A stretch of DNA of 64,000 nt from Eledone cirrhosa (Eukaryota): NCBI GenBank assembly GCA_964016885.1, contig OZ024741.1, positions 213,032,001 through 213,096,000 of the forward strand, in the 5' to 3' direction. Position 1 is the stretch's first letter. Each line of letters starts with the position of its first letter. The translations under genes were made by a program, and so were the position numbers. The notes beneath the pieces are model-generated. The model was not told where the DNA came from, ran no database searches, and was given only the letters and a program-made list of their open reading frames with translations. Shown here piece after piece: positions 1-14,552 of the stretch.

Positions 1-61
1 TGTTGTCGTGACTCACCTCTCTTGGCAACATCACATACTTAATAAACTGACCACACGCCTG

Positions 62-790
<729 letters not shown>

Positions 791-1077
791 GACGCATGAA
801 ATTTTATGTACCCACTCACCTTACACTACTCCGTTCAATTTAGCATGCAACTTCTTACAATATCCTTTCGTTCATTCATTCATTACACACGATATTCACA
901 TGGTGGGGAATTGTAGGAGGGTGGCGGGCTTGTTGGCCCCGAGGGCAACCATGTAATTGTCTACACAAATGAAATTTCGTTAGTCGTACTTATACAGTTA
1001 ATCTGAGCAACGAACACCGCTGAGAACGAAAAGGGGGTGATTGTAAAAATTGGTTGTGCTTGCTTACTCCCCCATAC

Positions 1078-1093
1078 CTCTCTCTCCCCCCCA

Positions 1094-1140
<47 letters not shown>

Positions 1141-1167
1141 ACTCACTCTCTCTCTCTCGCTCTCTCG

Positions 1168-1198
<31 letters not shown>

Positions 1199-1656
1199 GC
1201 TCACTCTCTCATTCTCTCATTCTCGCATTTACACTCGCTCTCTCTCCCTATCTCTCTCTCTCTCCCTATCTCTCTCTCTCTCGCTCTCTCTCGCTCGCTC
1301 TCGCTCACTCTTTCATTCTCGCATTTACACTCGCTCTCTCTCCCTATCTCTTTCTCTCTCTCTCGCTCTCTCTCTCACTCTCTCATTCCCCGCATTTACA
1401 CTCGCTCTCTCTCTCTCCCTATCTCATTCTCTCTCGCTCTCTCTCTCTCTCTCGCTCTCTCTCTCACTCTCTCATTCTCGCATTTACACTCGCTCTCTCT
1501 CCCTATCTCTCTCTCTCTCTCAAGCTCTCTCTCGCCCTCTCTCTCGCTCACTCTCTTTCTCATTCTCGCATTTTCTCTCACTCTCTCTCTCTATCACTTT
1601 CTTTCACTCTCTCTCTCACGTTCTCTTCCTCTCTCTCTCTCTCTCTCTCTTTCTCT
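1078..1656. repeat. (CT)n-rich compound repeat with recurring CATTCTCGCATTTACACTCGCTC motif
   Basis: Pyrimidine tract with several copies of the motif. Confidence 0.95.
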
Positions 1657-1734
1657 TAGCTAGTTCTCCATTAGTTGCATGTCCCATGTTCTTGTTAATG
1701 TTAATATAAACATATAACGCCTTTATATTTTCTG

Positions 1735-3385
1735 ACCATTACCACTGGACAATACCACTACCCTCACCATTACCACTGGACAATACCACTACCCTCACCA
1801 TTACCACTGGACACTACCACTACCCTCACCATTACCACTGGACAATACCACTACCCTCACCATTACCACTGGACAATACCACTACCCTCACCATTACCAC
1901 TGGACAATACCACTACCCTCACCATTACCACTGGACAATACCACTACCCTCACCATTACCACTGGACAATACCACTACCCTCACCATTACCACTGGACAA
2001 TACCACTACCCTCACCATTACCACTGGACAATACCACTACCCTCACCATTACCACTGGACACTACCACTACCCTCACCATTACCACACCCACCACCTCAA
2101 CCAGTCACCATTACCACTGGACACAACCACTACCCTCACCATTACCACTGGACACTACCTTCACCATTACCACTGGACACTACCGCTACCCACACCATTA
2201 CCACTGGACACTACCACTACCCTCACCTTTACCACTGCACTCTAACACTACCCTCACCACTACCACTACCACCACCACTACCACCACCTCAACCAGTCAC
2301 CATTACCACTGGACACAACCACTGCCCTCACCATTACAACTGGACACTGCCACTACCCTCACTATTACCACTGGACACTACCACTACCCTCAACACTACC
2401 ACTACCACCACCTCAACCAGTCACCATTACCACTGGACACTACCACTACTTCAACCAGTCACCATTACCATTGGACACTACCACTACCACCACTACAACC
2501 AGTCACCATTACCACTGGACACTACCACTGCCCACACAACCACTACCACCACCCTTACCATCACCATTAACACTACCACTACCCTCACCATTACTACTAC
2601 CACCACCACAAACAGTCACCATTACCACTGGACAATACCACTACCCTCACCATTACCACTACCACCGCCTCAACCAGTCACCATTACAACTGGACACTAC
2701 CACTACAACAGCCCTCACCATTACCACTACCACCTGTTCAACCAGTCACCATTACCACTGGACACTACCACTACCCTACAATACCACTACCTCTACCTCT
2801 CGCCATTACCATTACCACCACCTCAACCAGTCACCATTACCACTGGACAATACCACTACCCTCACCATTACCACTGCACACTACCACTACCCTCACCATT
2901 ACTACTACCACAACTACAACCAGTCACCTTTACCACTGGACAATACCACTACCCTCACCATTACCACTTCACACTACCACTACCCTCACCATTACTACTA
3001 CCACAACTACAACCAGTCACCATTACCACTGGACAATACCACTACTCTCACCATTACTACTACCACAACTACAACCAGTCACCATTACCACTGGACAATA
3101 CCACTACCTTCACCATTACCACTTCACACTACCACTACCCTCACCATTACCACTACCCCCACCTCAACCAGTCACCATTACCAGTTGACACTGCACTACC
3201 CTCACCATTACCACTACCCCCACCTCAACCAGTCACCATTACCAGTTGACACTGCACTACCCTCACCATTACCACTACCCCCACCTCAACCAGTCACCAT
3301 TACCACTGGACACTGCACTACCCTCACCATTACCACTGGACAATACCACTACCATCACCATTACCACTACCACCACTATCCACTG
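1735..3385. repeat. 31-bp minisatellite (ACCATTACCACTGGACAATACCACTACCCTC) decaying into ACC-rich variants
   Basis: Unit recurs at 1735, 1766 and onward; about 11 near-perfect copies to ~2085, then degenerate. Confidence 0.95.
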
Positions 3386-3554
3386 TCCTTAGGCTAGAAG
3401 GTAGAGGGAATAGCATGCTAGTATGACCGCATCGGTACACATACAATTTTATTGCATCTTGTCACACGCGTGGCTACAAGACACACATAGATAGTTAGAT
3501 ACAGACATAGATGTATAGATTTATATATATAAATATACATACATACATACAGAC

Positions 3555-3645
<91 letters not shown>

Positions 3646-3670
3646 TATATATATAAACACACAAACACAA

Positions 3671-3703
<33 letters not shown>

Positions 3704-3704
3704 A

Positions 3705-3807
<103 letters not shown>

Positions 3808-3838
3808 GTATGTATATGTATACACACACATATATATA

Positions 3839-3885
<47 letters not shown>

Positions 3886-3960
3886 TTATATATATATATA
3901 TAAATATGTGTGTGTGTGTGTATATATATATATATGTGTTTGTATACATAAATATGTATA

Positions 3961-4072
<112 letters not shown>

Positions 4073-4241
4073 TGTATGTATATATACATAAATATGATGC
4101 GTGTGTGTGTGTGTGTTTAACAGCGGGATGGTGTACTCGCGGGAAGGATTGATATAGCGTAATTTTTGGCTCAAATAAATGAGCTCCAATACAAACACAC
4201 AAACACAGACTCACACACTCACAAACACACAAACACACACT

Positions 4242-4283
<42 letters not shown>

Positions 4284-4593
4284 TTCGCACACACACACAC
4301 ATACACACACATACGCATACGCATATGCATACACACACACACGTTACATATCCTATAATGTAAATGAATCAGACCTTTATACATAGGGTATAAAAGTATG
4401 AGTGAGGGAAAAGATGTTTGCGTGTTTGGTCAATACCTAACGATTGATGTCCCGTTTCATAGTCTATCATTCAACATGTTTCTATAACAAGATTATTCAG
4501 ATTTTTCACCGTCTTTATTACAACACCAACAATACATCTTCTCTCTCGACGGATTATTTCCTACAAACTCCCTCCATATTTCTTACTGACTCC

Positions 4594-6140
4594 GTTGGTG
4601 GTGGTGTTGGTGTTGGTGGTGGTTTTGGTGGTGGTCTTGGTGGTGGTCTTGGTGGTAGTGGTGTTGGTGTTGGTTTTGGTGGTGGTGGTGGTGGTGGTGG
4701 TGTTGTTGTTGGTGGTGTTGGTGTTGGTGGTGTTGGTGTCGGTGTCGGTGGTGTAGGTGGTGTTGGTGTTGTTGGTGTCGGTGTCGGTGTTGGTGTTGGT
4801 GTTGGTGTTGGTGGTGTTGGTGTTGGTGTTGGTGTCGGTGGTACTGGTGTTGGTGTTTTTGGTGTTGGTGGTGTTGGTGTTTTTGGTGTTGGTGGTGTTG
4901 GTTGTTGTGGTGGTGTTTGTGTTGCTGGTAGTGTTGGTGTTGGTTGTACTGGTGGTGTTTGTGTTGTTGGTAGTGTTGGTGTTGGTGGTGGTGTTGGTGT
5001 TGGTGGTGTTGGTGGTGATGTTGGTGTTGGTGGTTTTGGTGGTGTTGGTGGTGTTGGTGTTGGTGATGTTGGTGTTGGTGGTGTTGGTGTTGGTGTTGGT
5101 AGTGTTGGTGTTGGTGGCGTTGGTGTTGGTGTTGGTGTTGGTGTTGGTGTTGGTAGTGTTGGTGTTGGTGTTGGTGGTTTTGGTGTTGGTTTTGGTGTTG
5201 GTGTTGGTAGTGTTGGTGGTGTGTGTGTTGGTGTTGGTGTTGGTGGTGTTGGTGTTGGTGTCAGCGTTGGTGGTGTTGGTGTTGGTGTTGGTGGTGTTGG
5301 TGTTGGTGTTGGTGTTGGTGGTGTTGGTGCTGGGTTTGGTGTTGGTGTTGGTGGTGGTGGTGGTGTTGGTGGTGTTGGTGTTGGTGTTGGTGGTGGTGGT
5401 GGTGGTGTTGGTGTTGTTGTGGTGTTGGTGTTGCTGGTGTCGGTGGTGTTGGTGGTGGTGTTGGTGTTGGTGGTGTCGGTGTTGTTGTTGGTGTTGGTGG
5501 TGTTGGTGTTGCTGTTGGTGTTGGTGCTGGTGGTTTTGGTGTTGGTGGTGGTGTTAGTGGTGTTGGTATTGGTGTTGGTGTTGGTGGTGTTGGTGGTGTT
5601 GGTGTTGGTGTTGGTGTTGGTGTTGGTAGTGTTGGTGTTTGTGGTGTTGGTTTTGGTGTTGGTGTTGGTGTTGGTGGTGTGTGTGTTGGTGTTGGTGGTG
5701 ATGGTGGTGTTGGTGGTGTTGGTGGTGATGTTGGTGTTGGTGGTTTTGGTGGTGTTGGTGGTGTTGGTGTTGGTGGTGTTGGTGTTGGTGGTGTTGGTGT
5801 TGGTAGTGTTGGTGTTGGTGGCGTTGGTGTTGGTGTTGGTGTTGGTAGTCTTGGTGTTGGTGTTGGAGGTTTTGGTGTTGGTTTTGGTGTTGGTGTTGGT
5901 GTTGGTGGTGTGTGTGTTGGTGTTGGTGTTGGTGGTCTTGGTGTTGGTGTCAGCGTTGGTGGTGTTTTTGTTGGTGTTGGTGGTGTTGGTGTTGGTATGG
6001 GTGTTGGTGTTGGTGGTGTTGGTGCTGGGTTTGGTGTTGGTGTTGGTGTTGGTGGTGTCGGTGGTGGTGGTGTTGGTGTTGTCGGTGGTGTTGGTGTTGG
6101 TGATGTTGTTGCTGTTGGTGTTGTTGGTGGTGTTGGTCGT
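4594..6140. repeat. (GGT/GTT)n low-complexity array
   Basis: GGTGTT-based repeat; the Gly/Val and Val/Leu ORFs are by-products. Confidence 0.95.
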
Positions 6141-6399
6141 GTTGATGTGTGCGTATGTGTGTGTGTATGTGTGTGTATATGTGTGATTAAATTTACACGT
6201 GTCTCTTAGTCTCTCTTAGTAATTATATGTCTCAATCCACGCATGTCTGTGTCTATGTGTGTGTATGTGTATGTTTATGATACCGTAAACCTATGCGTGT
6301 GTGGGTAAGTGTGTGATTTAATCTATGAGTGCATCTCTGTGTATGCGCTTGTGTGTGTGTATTATTCTGTGTGCATGTGTGTGCGAATACTTGCGTGCT

Positions 6400-7570
6400 C
6401 GTGTCTCTTCTGTATAATATGTATGTATTTCTTTGAGGTGATGTGTAGTTGCAAGAGATAAATGCGCGCATGCGTGCGTGTCTTCCGTATATGTATGTAT
6501 ATGTTTCAAGTGGTATGTGTACGTGTTAAAATGCCAAAGCATCTGTGCGTGTCTTCTGTACCATATGTCTATATTTGTTTGAGGTGTTGTGTATGCCTAA
6601 GACATAAATGCATGCGAGAGTGTGCTCCATGTAATATGTATATATTTGTTTCGGGTGGTCTGAACGTGTAAGACGGAAATGCGTGCATGCATCCATGCAT
6701 GTGTGTTTTCCGTATAGGTATGTTTGTTTGAGGTGATGCGTATGCTTAAGACATGCTCGCGCGCACGCGTGTGTGTGTGTGTGTGTGTTCCATATAATAT
6801 GTATATATTTGTTTGAGGTGATACGTACACGTAAGGCATATAAGCATGTGTGCAGGCGTGTGTGTATATTTTGCTTATAATATCTATACATTTGTTTGAT
6901 GTGGTGTGTGTGCGTGTAAGACGGGAATGCATGCATGAATACGCTAGTGTGTTCCATATAATATATATGTATTTGTTTGAGACGGTCTGTACGTGTGAGA
7001 TGTGAATGCGTGCTTGCTTGCATATGTGGGTGTCTTTCATATAATGGTTTCTTATATAGGCACAAGGCCAACAATTTTGGGGGAGGGGGAAGTCGATTAA
7101 ATCGACCCCAGAGCGTGACTGGTACTTCATGTTATCGACCCCGTAAGGATGAAAGGCAAAGTTAACCTAGGTGGGATTTGAACTTAGACCATAAAGGGCC
7201 GTAACTCTTGCTGCAAAGCATGGCATCCGACCCTCTACTGATACTGCCAAGCCGCCGCCCTGCGTCTCTTTCATATAATATGTATATATTTGTCTGAGGT
7301 GGTCTGTACGTGCAAAGAGGTGAATGCGTGCTTGCGTGCGTATGTGTGTGTCTTCCCTCTAATATGTCTATATTTGTTTGAGGTCGCGAGTATGTGTAAC
7401 GCATGAATGCGTGCGTACTTGTATGTGTGTGTGTGTCTTTCCTAGAATATGTCTATATTTGTTTGAGATGTTCTGTACGTGCAAAGACGTGAATGCGTGC
7501 GTCCTTGCGTGTATGTATGTCTTCCCTATAATATATGTCTATATTTGTTTGAGGTTGTGAGTATGTGTAA
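6400..7570. repeat. Degenerate ~80-bp tandem repeat (ATATTTGTTTGAGGTG core) interrupted by a SINE
   Basis: Core motif recurs roughly every 70-85 bp on both sides of the SINE at 7046-7260. Confidence 0.75.
7046..7260 (-). mobile_element. tRNA-headed SINE (family S1)
   Basis: Reverse complement of the GTTCAAATCCC..AGGTTAACTTTGCCTTTCATCCTTACGGGGTCGATAA..GTACCAG..GGCCTTGTGCC consensus seen in more than 10 copies in this window. Confidence 0.9.
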
Positions 7571-7799
7571 GAGGTGAATATCTGCTCGCTATGATGATGA
7601 GAATTAAGGTCTAAATGGTGATCCAATTGACGCCAGTGTATCTCCATGTTGAGATGTTGATCTTATTCAATGAATATTAAGAGAACTATAATTATCCAAC
7701 CTACAAAACCAATTCGGATTCGATCAGCTTTTATTTATTTCCGAATACTATTCACACGATAAATGAAACACTGATGAACAATCTGCCTACCCAAACCCT

Positions 7800-7889
<90 letters not shown>

Positions 7890-7893
<4 letters not shown>

Positions 7894-8020
7894 AGGTAAA
7901 CAGAAATAACAACACAATCGGTACAGTATATGGAAGGGATATATTAGGTTAACGCTTGATATAGCAGGAAGAGGGTCTTGAGGTTTCGGGCGCAAGTCCT
8001 TTATCAGAAGAATGAGTAAT
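7890..8020 (-). mobile_element. PLE-type 3' terminal fragment with degenerate hammerhead (7976-8011)
   Basis: Minus strand TCTT-CTGATAA-AGGACTTGCGCCC-GAAACCTC-AAGA: stem I is intact but the core has substitutions. A related tail lies at ~10140-10230. Confidence 0.55.
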
Positions 8021-8023
8021 GAG

Positions 8024-8066
<43 letters not shown>

Positions 8067-8166
8067 TACAATGTTTATGTGTCAAAATATGTGGGAGGGA
8101 ATATATATGTGTGTGCGTGTCTATATAATTGTGTGTGTTTGTATGTGTGTGTGAGTGTGTGTGTGA

Positions 8167-8197
<31 letters not shown>

Positions 8198-8202
<5 letters not shown>

Positions 8203-8395
8203 ACACAGAAGGTGTGGTAAGATCCCAGGTGGACCATAACGCACCAGAGTACTCAATACTTAGGGTAGTAGAGTGGGTAATATAAAAAGGCCCAGGACTC
8301 CGACGGCTGAGCTCCGGCCGTTTCGACAGCTAGATCCGAACTGATCTAGCTGTCAGATATAACTGTCTAAACGGCTGGAGCTCACCAGTCGGGGT
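8198..8395 (-). mobile_element. Family A foldback mini-element (hammerhead 3' half)
   Basis: Homologous to 18942-19150 and 55242-55437; minus strand GAAACGGC..GAGCTCAGCCGTC; GACAGCTAGATC/GATCTAGCTGTC hairpin; abuts (TA)n. Confidence 0.85.
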
Positions 8396-8738
8396 AATTC
8401 GGTTTGTTTGTTTACAAACAAACAAACCGAACATTATAATAAATGTTCGGTAAACCGATACGTACATATATATATATGAGTGCATGTATGTATATATATA
8501 TACATACAACTGTACGTCTGTATACATATATGTATGTGCGTATACATACATACTTACATTTAAGTAACAGCCGTACTAAGAGTGAGAAATGAAATTTCGT
8601 TTCATTCTATTCTATTTATCGTTTTCGGTGCGCCAGGCCGTCTGAACTCACTCGATATGCAAATTAGGCTGCTCAGCCGTTAATATGCATAAGGAAAGTA
8701 TATACTTTCAGACGTTCAAACATCTGGCAGAAAGGTAT

Positions 8739-8781
8739 ACGATGCTGACGATAGCTAATAAACTTGAAACTACTACATCGT
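8739..8781 (+). ncRNA. Minimal type I hammerhead ribozyme motif
   Basis: ACGATG-CTGACGA-TAGCTAATAAACTT-GAAA-CTAC-TA-CATCGT: 6-bp stem I and canonical core, weak stem II. Confidence 0.65.
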
Positions 8782-9010
8782 TCCTTTGTCAGTGTTGAGC
8801 AAAGGGCGACAAAGGTTGCTTGAACACTGTAGGGCGTAATTCGGGCTGTTTATTTATTTACAAACAAACAAACCCAACATTATAATAAATGTTCGGTAAC
8901 CCGATACGTACATATATATATGGGTGCATGTATGTATATATATACATACTACTGTACGTCTGTATACATATATGTATGTACGTATACATATATATATATA
9001 TATATATACA

Positions 9011-9260
9011 TCGTAATACTTTGGGAGGGTCGTGTTGCTAATAAAAACACACACACCTGTTGGTTTTTCAATTTATTATACATTTCCGGTTGGTTGGTTT
9101 TCGTTGGCTGGTTGGTTCGAAGACCGGAAGATTGTTTATATATTGTCAAAATTGTTTCGTCACATATTCTGTGACCTCCTCGATGACTAGGTTTTTATTT
9201 TGTGTATGTCGCCTTTATTCTGTCCTAAACCATCTTGTTTTTGTTATATATATATTTTAT
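9011..9260 (-). mobile_element. Family B PLE-type element, diverged copy
   Basis: Shares the GACCCTCCCAAAGTA 3' end, (CCAA)n and GTCAC..GTGAC-GAAA stem II with 14386-14936. Confidence 0.75.
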
Positions 9261-9902
9261 ATCTGATCCTTCCTGGCATGAGATCTCAAATGGATTTTGA
9301 GTCCTGAAAGCCTACGAAAGACCCTCTACAAATAATACAATGATATCTCCTTCTTGTTTCCAGTTTAAGTTTGCTAATTTTGTATGTTCAATATGTCGTT
9401 TCAATACAACATATAATTTGCAAATTTCCTAACAAAAATGACACTGCAAATGATTCTCTGCAACAAAGTTTGAATAGTCAACTTGGGTAGTTGCTATGTA
9501 TTCTAATATTTTGTATATGAGGGGAGCCTTCCCCCCCCCCCCAAACCTGAAATGACCCGGGCCCATCATGGTCTAAATCCAGCACTGATCATCCCTAATG
9601 TCTTCCTGAATTTCAAATATGATATTTGCTTCTAATATATTTTGATATATTTATATCTGTGTCCATAGATTTTAGTATTTCAAACCTTGAAAGGGTTGAA
9701 GCAGAGTTCGATAAAGAAAATAGTATTGAAGTGTGTTTGTGTGTGTGTGGGCGCGTGTGTGTGTGTTAATAACCGTAATGTCATAACCTCTGCCATTCAC
9801 TAAACGAACTGCTTTTAATCTTTGAAAATATCAAGTTTCCCTCCTCTTCTCGTTTTATTGAATATTTTCATTTACACACGCACACACGTGTGTATTTATT
9901 CC

Positions 9903-9964
<62 letters not shown>

Positions 9965-9988
9965 TGCATACATATATATATATACATG

Positions 9989-10068
<80 letters not shown>

Positions 10069-10070
10069 TA

Positions 10071-10113
<43 letters not shown>

Positions 10114-10241
10114 ATGGGTGTGTGTGCGTAAACTGATTACAAAATAACAAAATAAACAGCCAAATACATGGAAGAAATATATTAGTTTAACGCTTGAAAT
10201 ATCAGGAAGACAGTTTTGACATTTTGGACTCTATATATATA

Positions 10242-11896
10242 GAGTGTTGTGCACAATTCAGAGACCACCTCAATAATTTATTAGGTTAGGTTAATATTGA
10301 ACAATGTACAAATATTAGATAAAAATAATATACTATTACAAACATACAACACAAAGCATTATGCTACAAATTGTCTATTTGAAACTAGAACTTTGTTCGA
10401 TGACGTTTAACAGCAATTACTGCAGATATTCTATAAGGCATTGGTTGCACCAAGGAGGCACAATATTCAGTGTCCATACAGTAAGATGTTTTTGTTGTAG
10501 ATTAGTAACTGAGCTGCGATTTAGCTTGGTAATTTTGCCTTTCATCAATTTCCAACAGTTTTTAATTGAGTTTAATTCAGAACTTGAATCTGACTCAGGT
10601 ACCAGCACTTCAATACCAGATTCGAGAAATTATTGGTTAATGGATTTTGGTCCTATGGCAAAAAGCACTATCTTGTTGATATATCTTGCAAAATTGCCTC
10701 TCCATCCATAATGGCTCCTTTTCTGGTATGATTTCCAAATACATGTGTGCATGCAGGGGCTCCCACAGGAGCACTGAGTGCGGTGTCAACTCTGGATGTC
10801 GGTGAGCATGTCCAGCTAACCTCAGTCTCCTCTCTGCTACTCTCGAGCTGACTTTTGGGACGCTCCCGTACAGCTCTGAGTTCTTCATCATCAGTGTATA
10901 CAGATTAATGGACACACAGGAAGAGGAAGACTAAGGTTAACATATGTTGATGCCCTAAGTACAGACACTGGTGTCTTGGAGACGCAGGACATCGCAGCGA
11001 TGATGAGGGACAGAGACCGCTGGAGAGAACTCGTCCATGGATCTCGGGAATTTTACCCGCCCTAGAGATGTGTGCATTTACAGTGTTTGCTGCTGGAAAG
11101 ATGGTCAGTTCAGCTCATCACTTTATGTTTATTGATCTCCAGACCATCAATAATTGTGATTGTTTAACTGTTGGTTTTACATAAAGAGAATTATAACTCT
11201 GTCCAGGTGGTCTTCTTATATGGTGAATATAAGGGCAAGTTGTCTAATCAATGTTTCATCACTAAACATTACCTCACCCCATTGAGCAGCAATCCAGTAA
11301 TGTTAAGTGTTACAGAAGAACAGACGGTCATTGATGTATTTATTTGAAAGGTGAGGCTTAGCAGCTGGCTTAAAAGCCCGAAGGCTAAAGTCCTTAACAC
11401 AGCATTGTCGGATGGTAGAAGATGATATGTTTGTGTCCTGATGAAGTTGGGCTTGGATATATGAGCCGGAATCAGTTGGATTTGAAATTGCAAGTGGGCG
11501 TATCATGTGATCTGTTTGAACACTTGTCTTGCATGCTCTTCCAGGCCGTTTGTTTGGGTTAGGAGTGCTTGTCGTTGCATTAAGTGTAGGTGTATTTTGA
11601 ACACTAGTCATAGATACACTCAACCGTACAAATATTTGGTGCTGGGAATACCCTTCCTCGTGAAGAAGGGTGATATTTGCACGTCGTTCGTTTGAAATAA
11701 CAACCCTGCTAGTACTTAAAAATGTATTAAAATGCTGACTCAATGTGCTATATATGACAACACAACACATGTGATTGGTCGACATATGTTCAATGAATGA
11801 ACAATGTTAATTGCATGCTTGTGTGTGTGTATATACTAAGGTGACTAATAATATGACAGTTAAGATGCAAGTGGTACCTAAATTATGCACAACATT
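10242..11896 (-). mobile_element. Decayed Tc1-like DNA transposon, transposase pseudogene
   Basis: Degenerate TIRs (GTGTTGTGCACAATTCAGAGACCAC / GTGGTACCTAAATTATGCACAACAT) next to TA. HTH-like N-terminus in ORF 11303-11785 (GYSQHQI..RPGRACKTS), FSDET near 11255, and SSELNSIKNCW (=SPDLNPIENxW) in 10417-10608. Confidence 0.85.
10753..11067 (+). mobile_element. 5'-inverted, truncated RTE LINE copy nested in the Tc1 element
   Basis: ~10908-11066 (+) matches 23790-23947, and ~10751-10910 (-) matches ~23632-23791. 10-bp TSD ATGTGTGCAT at 10743-10752 and 11068-11077. Confidence 0.92.
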
Positions 11897-11915
11897 ATAT
11901 ATATATATATATATA

Positions 11916-12042
11916 TTGTTTCCGTAGGAAAGGTAAATGACAGGAGAGTGCTCTATGCAGGCTACAGAGCTATTTAGTTTTGTACTAAACAACATAAGAC
12001 AATTATTCCATTTATAATGGAATAATTGTCTTATGTTGTTTA
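11916..12042 (-). mobile_element. Short TA-flanked foldback element
   Basis: Perfect hairpin TAAACAACATAAGACAATTATTCCATT-TAT-AATGGAATAATTGTCTTATGTTGTTTA plus a ~70-bp unique tail, between (TA)n tracts. Confidence 0.6.
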
Positions 12043-12047
12043 TTATA

Positions 12048-12116
<69 letters not shown>

Positions 12117-12288
12117 AAAATATATATGATATATTATATATAAGGTAAAGATCTGTCATTTTAAAACGTTTTTGTTGCATTTTGAACGTTACGTAAGTTT
12201 CACAGATGATTGGCTCGAGTTCATTATCGATATAATAGACCTGCGAACAATATCGATCTACTACTACTTTCGGTGTCATCGTCGTCGT

Positions 12289-12391
12289 CTTCTTCTTCTT
12301 CTTCTTCTTCTTCTTCTTCTTCTTCTTCTTCTTCTTCTTCTTCTTCTTCTTCTTCTTCTTCTTCTTCTTCTTCTTCTTCTTCTTCTTTCTT
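12289..12391. repeat. (TTC)n microsatellite
   Basis: Pure TTC run; similar runs near 19511, 20430, 48258, 48607 and 49817. Confidence 0.97.
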
Positions 12392-12441
12392 CGTCATCGT
12401 TCATCTTTTATTTATTATTATTCTATATTTTATAAATACAT

Positions 12442-12522
<81 letters not shown>

Positions 12523-12539
12523 TATGTATGTGTGTGTGA

Positions 12540-12575
<36 letters not shown>

Positions 12576-13249
12576 TATGTGTGTGAGTGTGTTGCAGACG
12601 AAATTCAGAGTAGAAAGAACCAAAAGTGATATAATTGCGAGATATTGCATGCCAACATCATATAGAGAAACTGCAACAAAAGCGAAGAACACGAAAAATC
12701 TGAAAAAAACTTTTCTTCATCTTCTGCCAACGCTGACGATATTGAAATGATGACAAGCCAGGCTATTTATTTACTTGTTTAGTTTTGACACACCATCTCT
12801 ATCCTTGTCTATCTCTATCTCTCGCACTCTATCTCTCCCACTCTCTCACTCCGTCTTATTCCACGTCTACCTTTCTCTCTCTCTCCCTTCTCTCTCCCAC
12901 TCCGTCCTATTCAACCTCTACCTTTCTCTCTCTCTCCTCCATCTCATTAGCCTCTCACCTTTTCTTTCTCTCACCCCATCGCATTCCCCCTCACTCTCCA
13001 TTTCTCCCTCTCCCCCACTTCCCATTCATTCTCCCCCTCACTCCCCCTCTGCTATGTCTCTCTCCTCCTCCTCTCTCTCTCTCTCCTCTACACCGTCCGC
13101 CTTCTCTCTACTCACCTCTTCATTGACCCCCCACCTACCTCATCTGTACTCAGTCTCTCTCCTCTACGCCTTCTCTCTCCTCTCCTCTACTCTCCTCCTC
13201 TCTCTACTCTCTTTTCCCACCTCACTCTCTTACCACCCATTCTCTTACC

Positions 13250-13338
<89 letters not shown>

Positions 13339-13339
<1 letters not shown>

Positions 13340-13416
13340 GTGAAAAACGGAACGCGAACAAAACAGAGAGGCAGTACGAACAAAGGTTTATTAGTTTCAC
13401 GCTATTGAGAGTGGGG

Positions 13417-13460
<44 letters not shown>

Positions 13461-13520
13461 ATAATAATAAATTTATATTTTTTATTTATTAGTTTCACGC
13501 TCTTGAGAGTGGGGGTGTGT
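13339..13520 (-). mobile_element. Two truncated 3' tips of the PLE family seen at 55683
   Basis: GTGAAAAA..AAAACAGAGAGGCAGTACGAA..TTTATTAGTTTCACGCT..GAGAG matches 55684-55760; in (TA)n. Another short tip lies at ~58581-58608. Confidence 0.8.
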
Positions 13521-14148
13521 GTATATATATATATATGCATATACATGCTTAAAGACATTTTATATATATATGTGGAAATGAAAAACCGTCACTTCAGTAA
13601 AAATAAGGGAGTTTTTGTTTTTTCCTAGTTAATTACCATCTTATAAACTCCCCTGAATTACTCTAAACTTCTCTTACATCACCAAATCCGGCTTTTCTTT
13701 CAATGTCTTTTTAGTTTCTTATGGAGAAAGATTGCTTCCATTTTGTGGTGACAGGCTAATATTTGAAAAAAAAAACAACACAGATATATATATGAATTCA
13801 TAAAACATACTCATGCACGTATACATATCTATATTTATGTCTATATATATATATATCGAATTCTCGACAGTTAGATTACGTAACTGTCTTTATCCCATTG
13901 CAGAAACTAATTTGTTGGAGTGAAAATTTAAGTAAGTAAGTTAAAATTTTTTTTTAAAAACTTTTTAAAAAAAATTTCTTGTTTTACGTCTTTTATATTA
14001 TTGTTCTGCATCCTCCTGCATTGAAACACCTAGCTACTATGGCATAACCTGTGTATTTGCTGGCATTGCGTACATCTGTGCGCTTATGTTAGTTGATATA
14101 TTAAATTACCTATATATATATATGTATGTATATATGGATATATGTATG

Positions 14149-14181
<33 letters not shown>

Positions 14182-14227
14182 CTGTGTGTATATATATGTA
14201 TATATAACTATGTATAAATACATATAT

Positions 14228-14272
<45 letters not shown>

Positions 14273-14288
14273 TATGTATATATACATA

Positions 14289-14319
<31 letters not shown>

Positions 14320-14552
14320 TAATTTATATTTCGTTTCTGAATTTGTTTAGCAAGATTCTTTATCTGAAATCGTGTGTTGAAACCGATATTGTTATACTTT
14401 GGGAGGGTCATGTTGCCAATAAGAAACACACGCACCAGTTGTTTCACTTCAATTTATTATATATTTATAAATTTACAAATTTACAAATTTACAAACTTAT
14501 AAATTTCTGGTTGGTTGGTTGGTTCCACAACCAGATAGTTGTTTATATATAT

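Noticed and set aside
4444-6209. Gly/Val-rich 580-aa ORF resembling a structural protein
   Set aside because: It is a pure GGT/GTT repeat, open in several frames and drifting into poly-VL, with no signal peptide or splice support.
9520-9590. Possible hAT/MITE end (TAAATCCAGCACTG)
   Set aside because: No partner terminus was found by eye.
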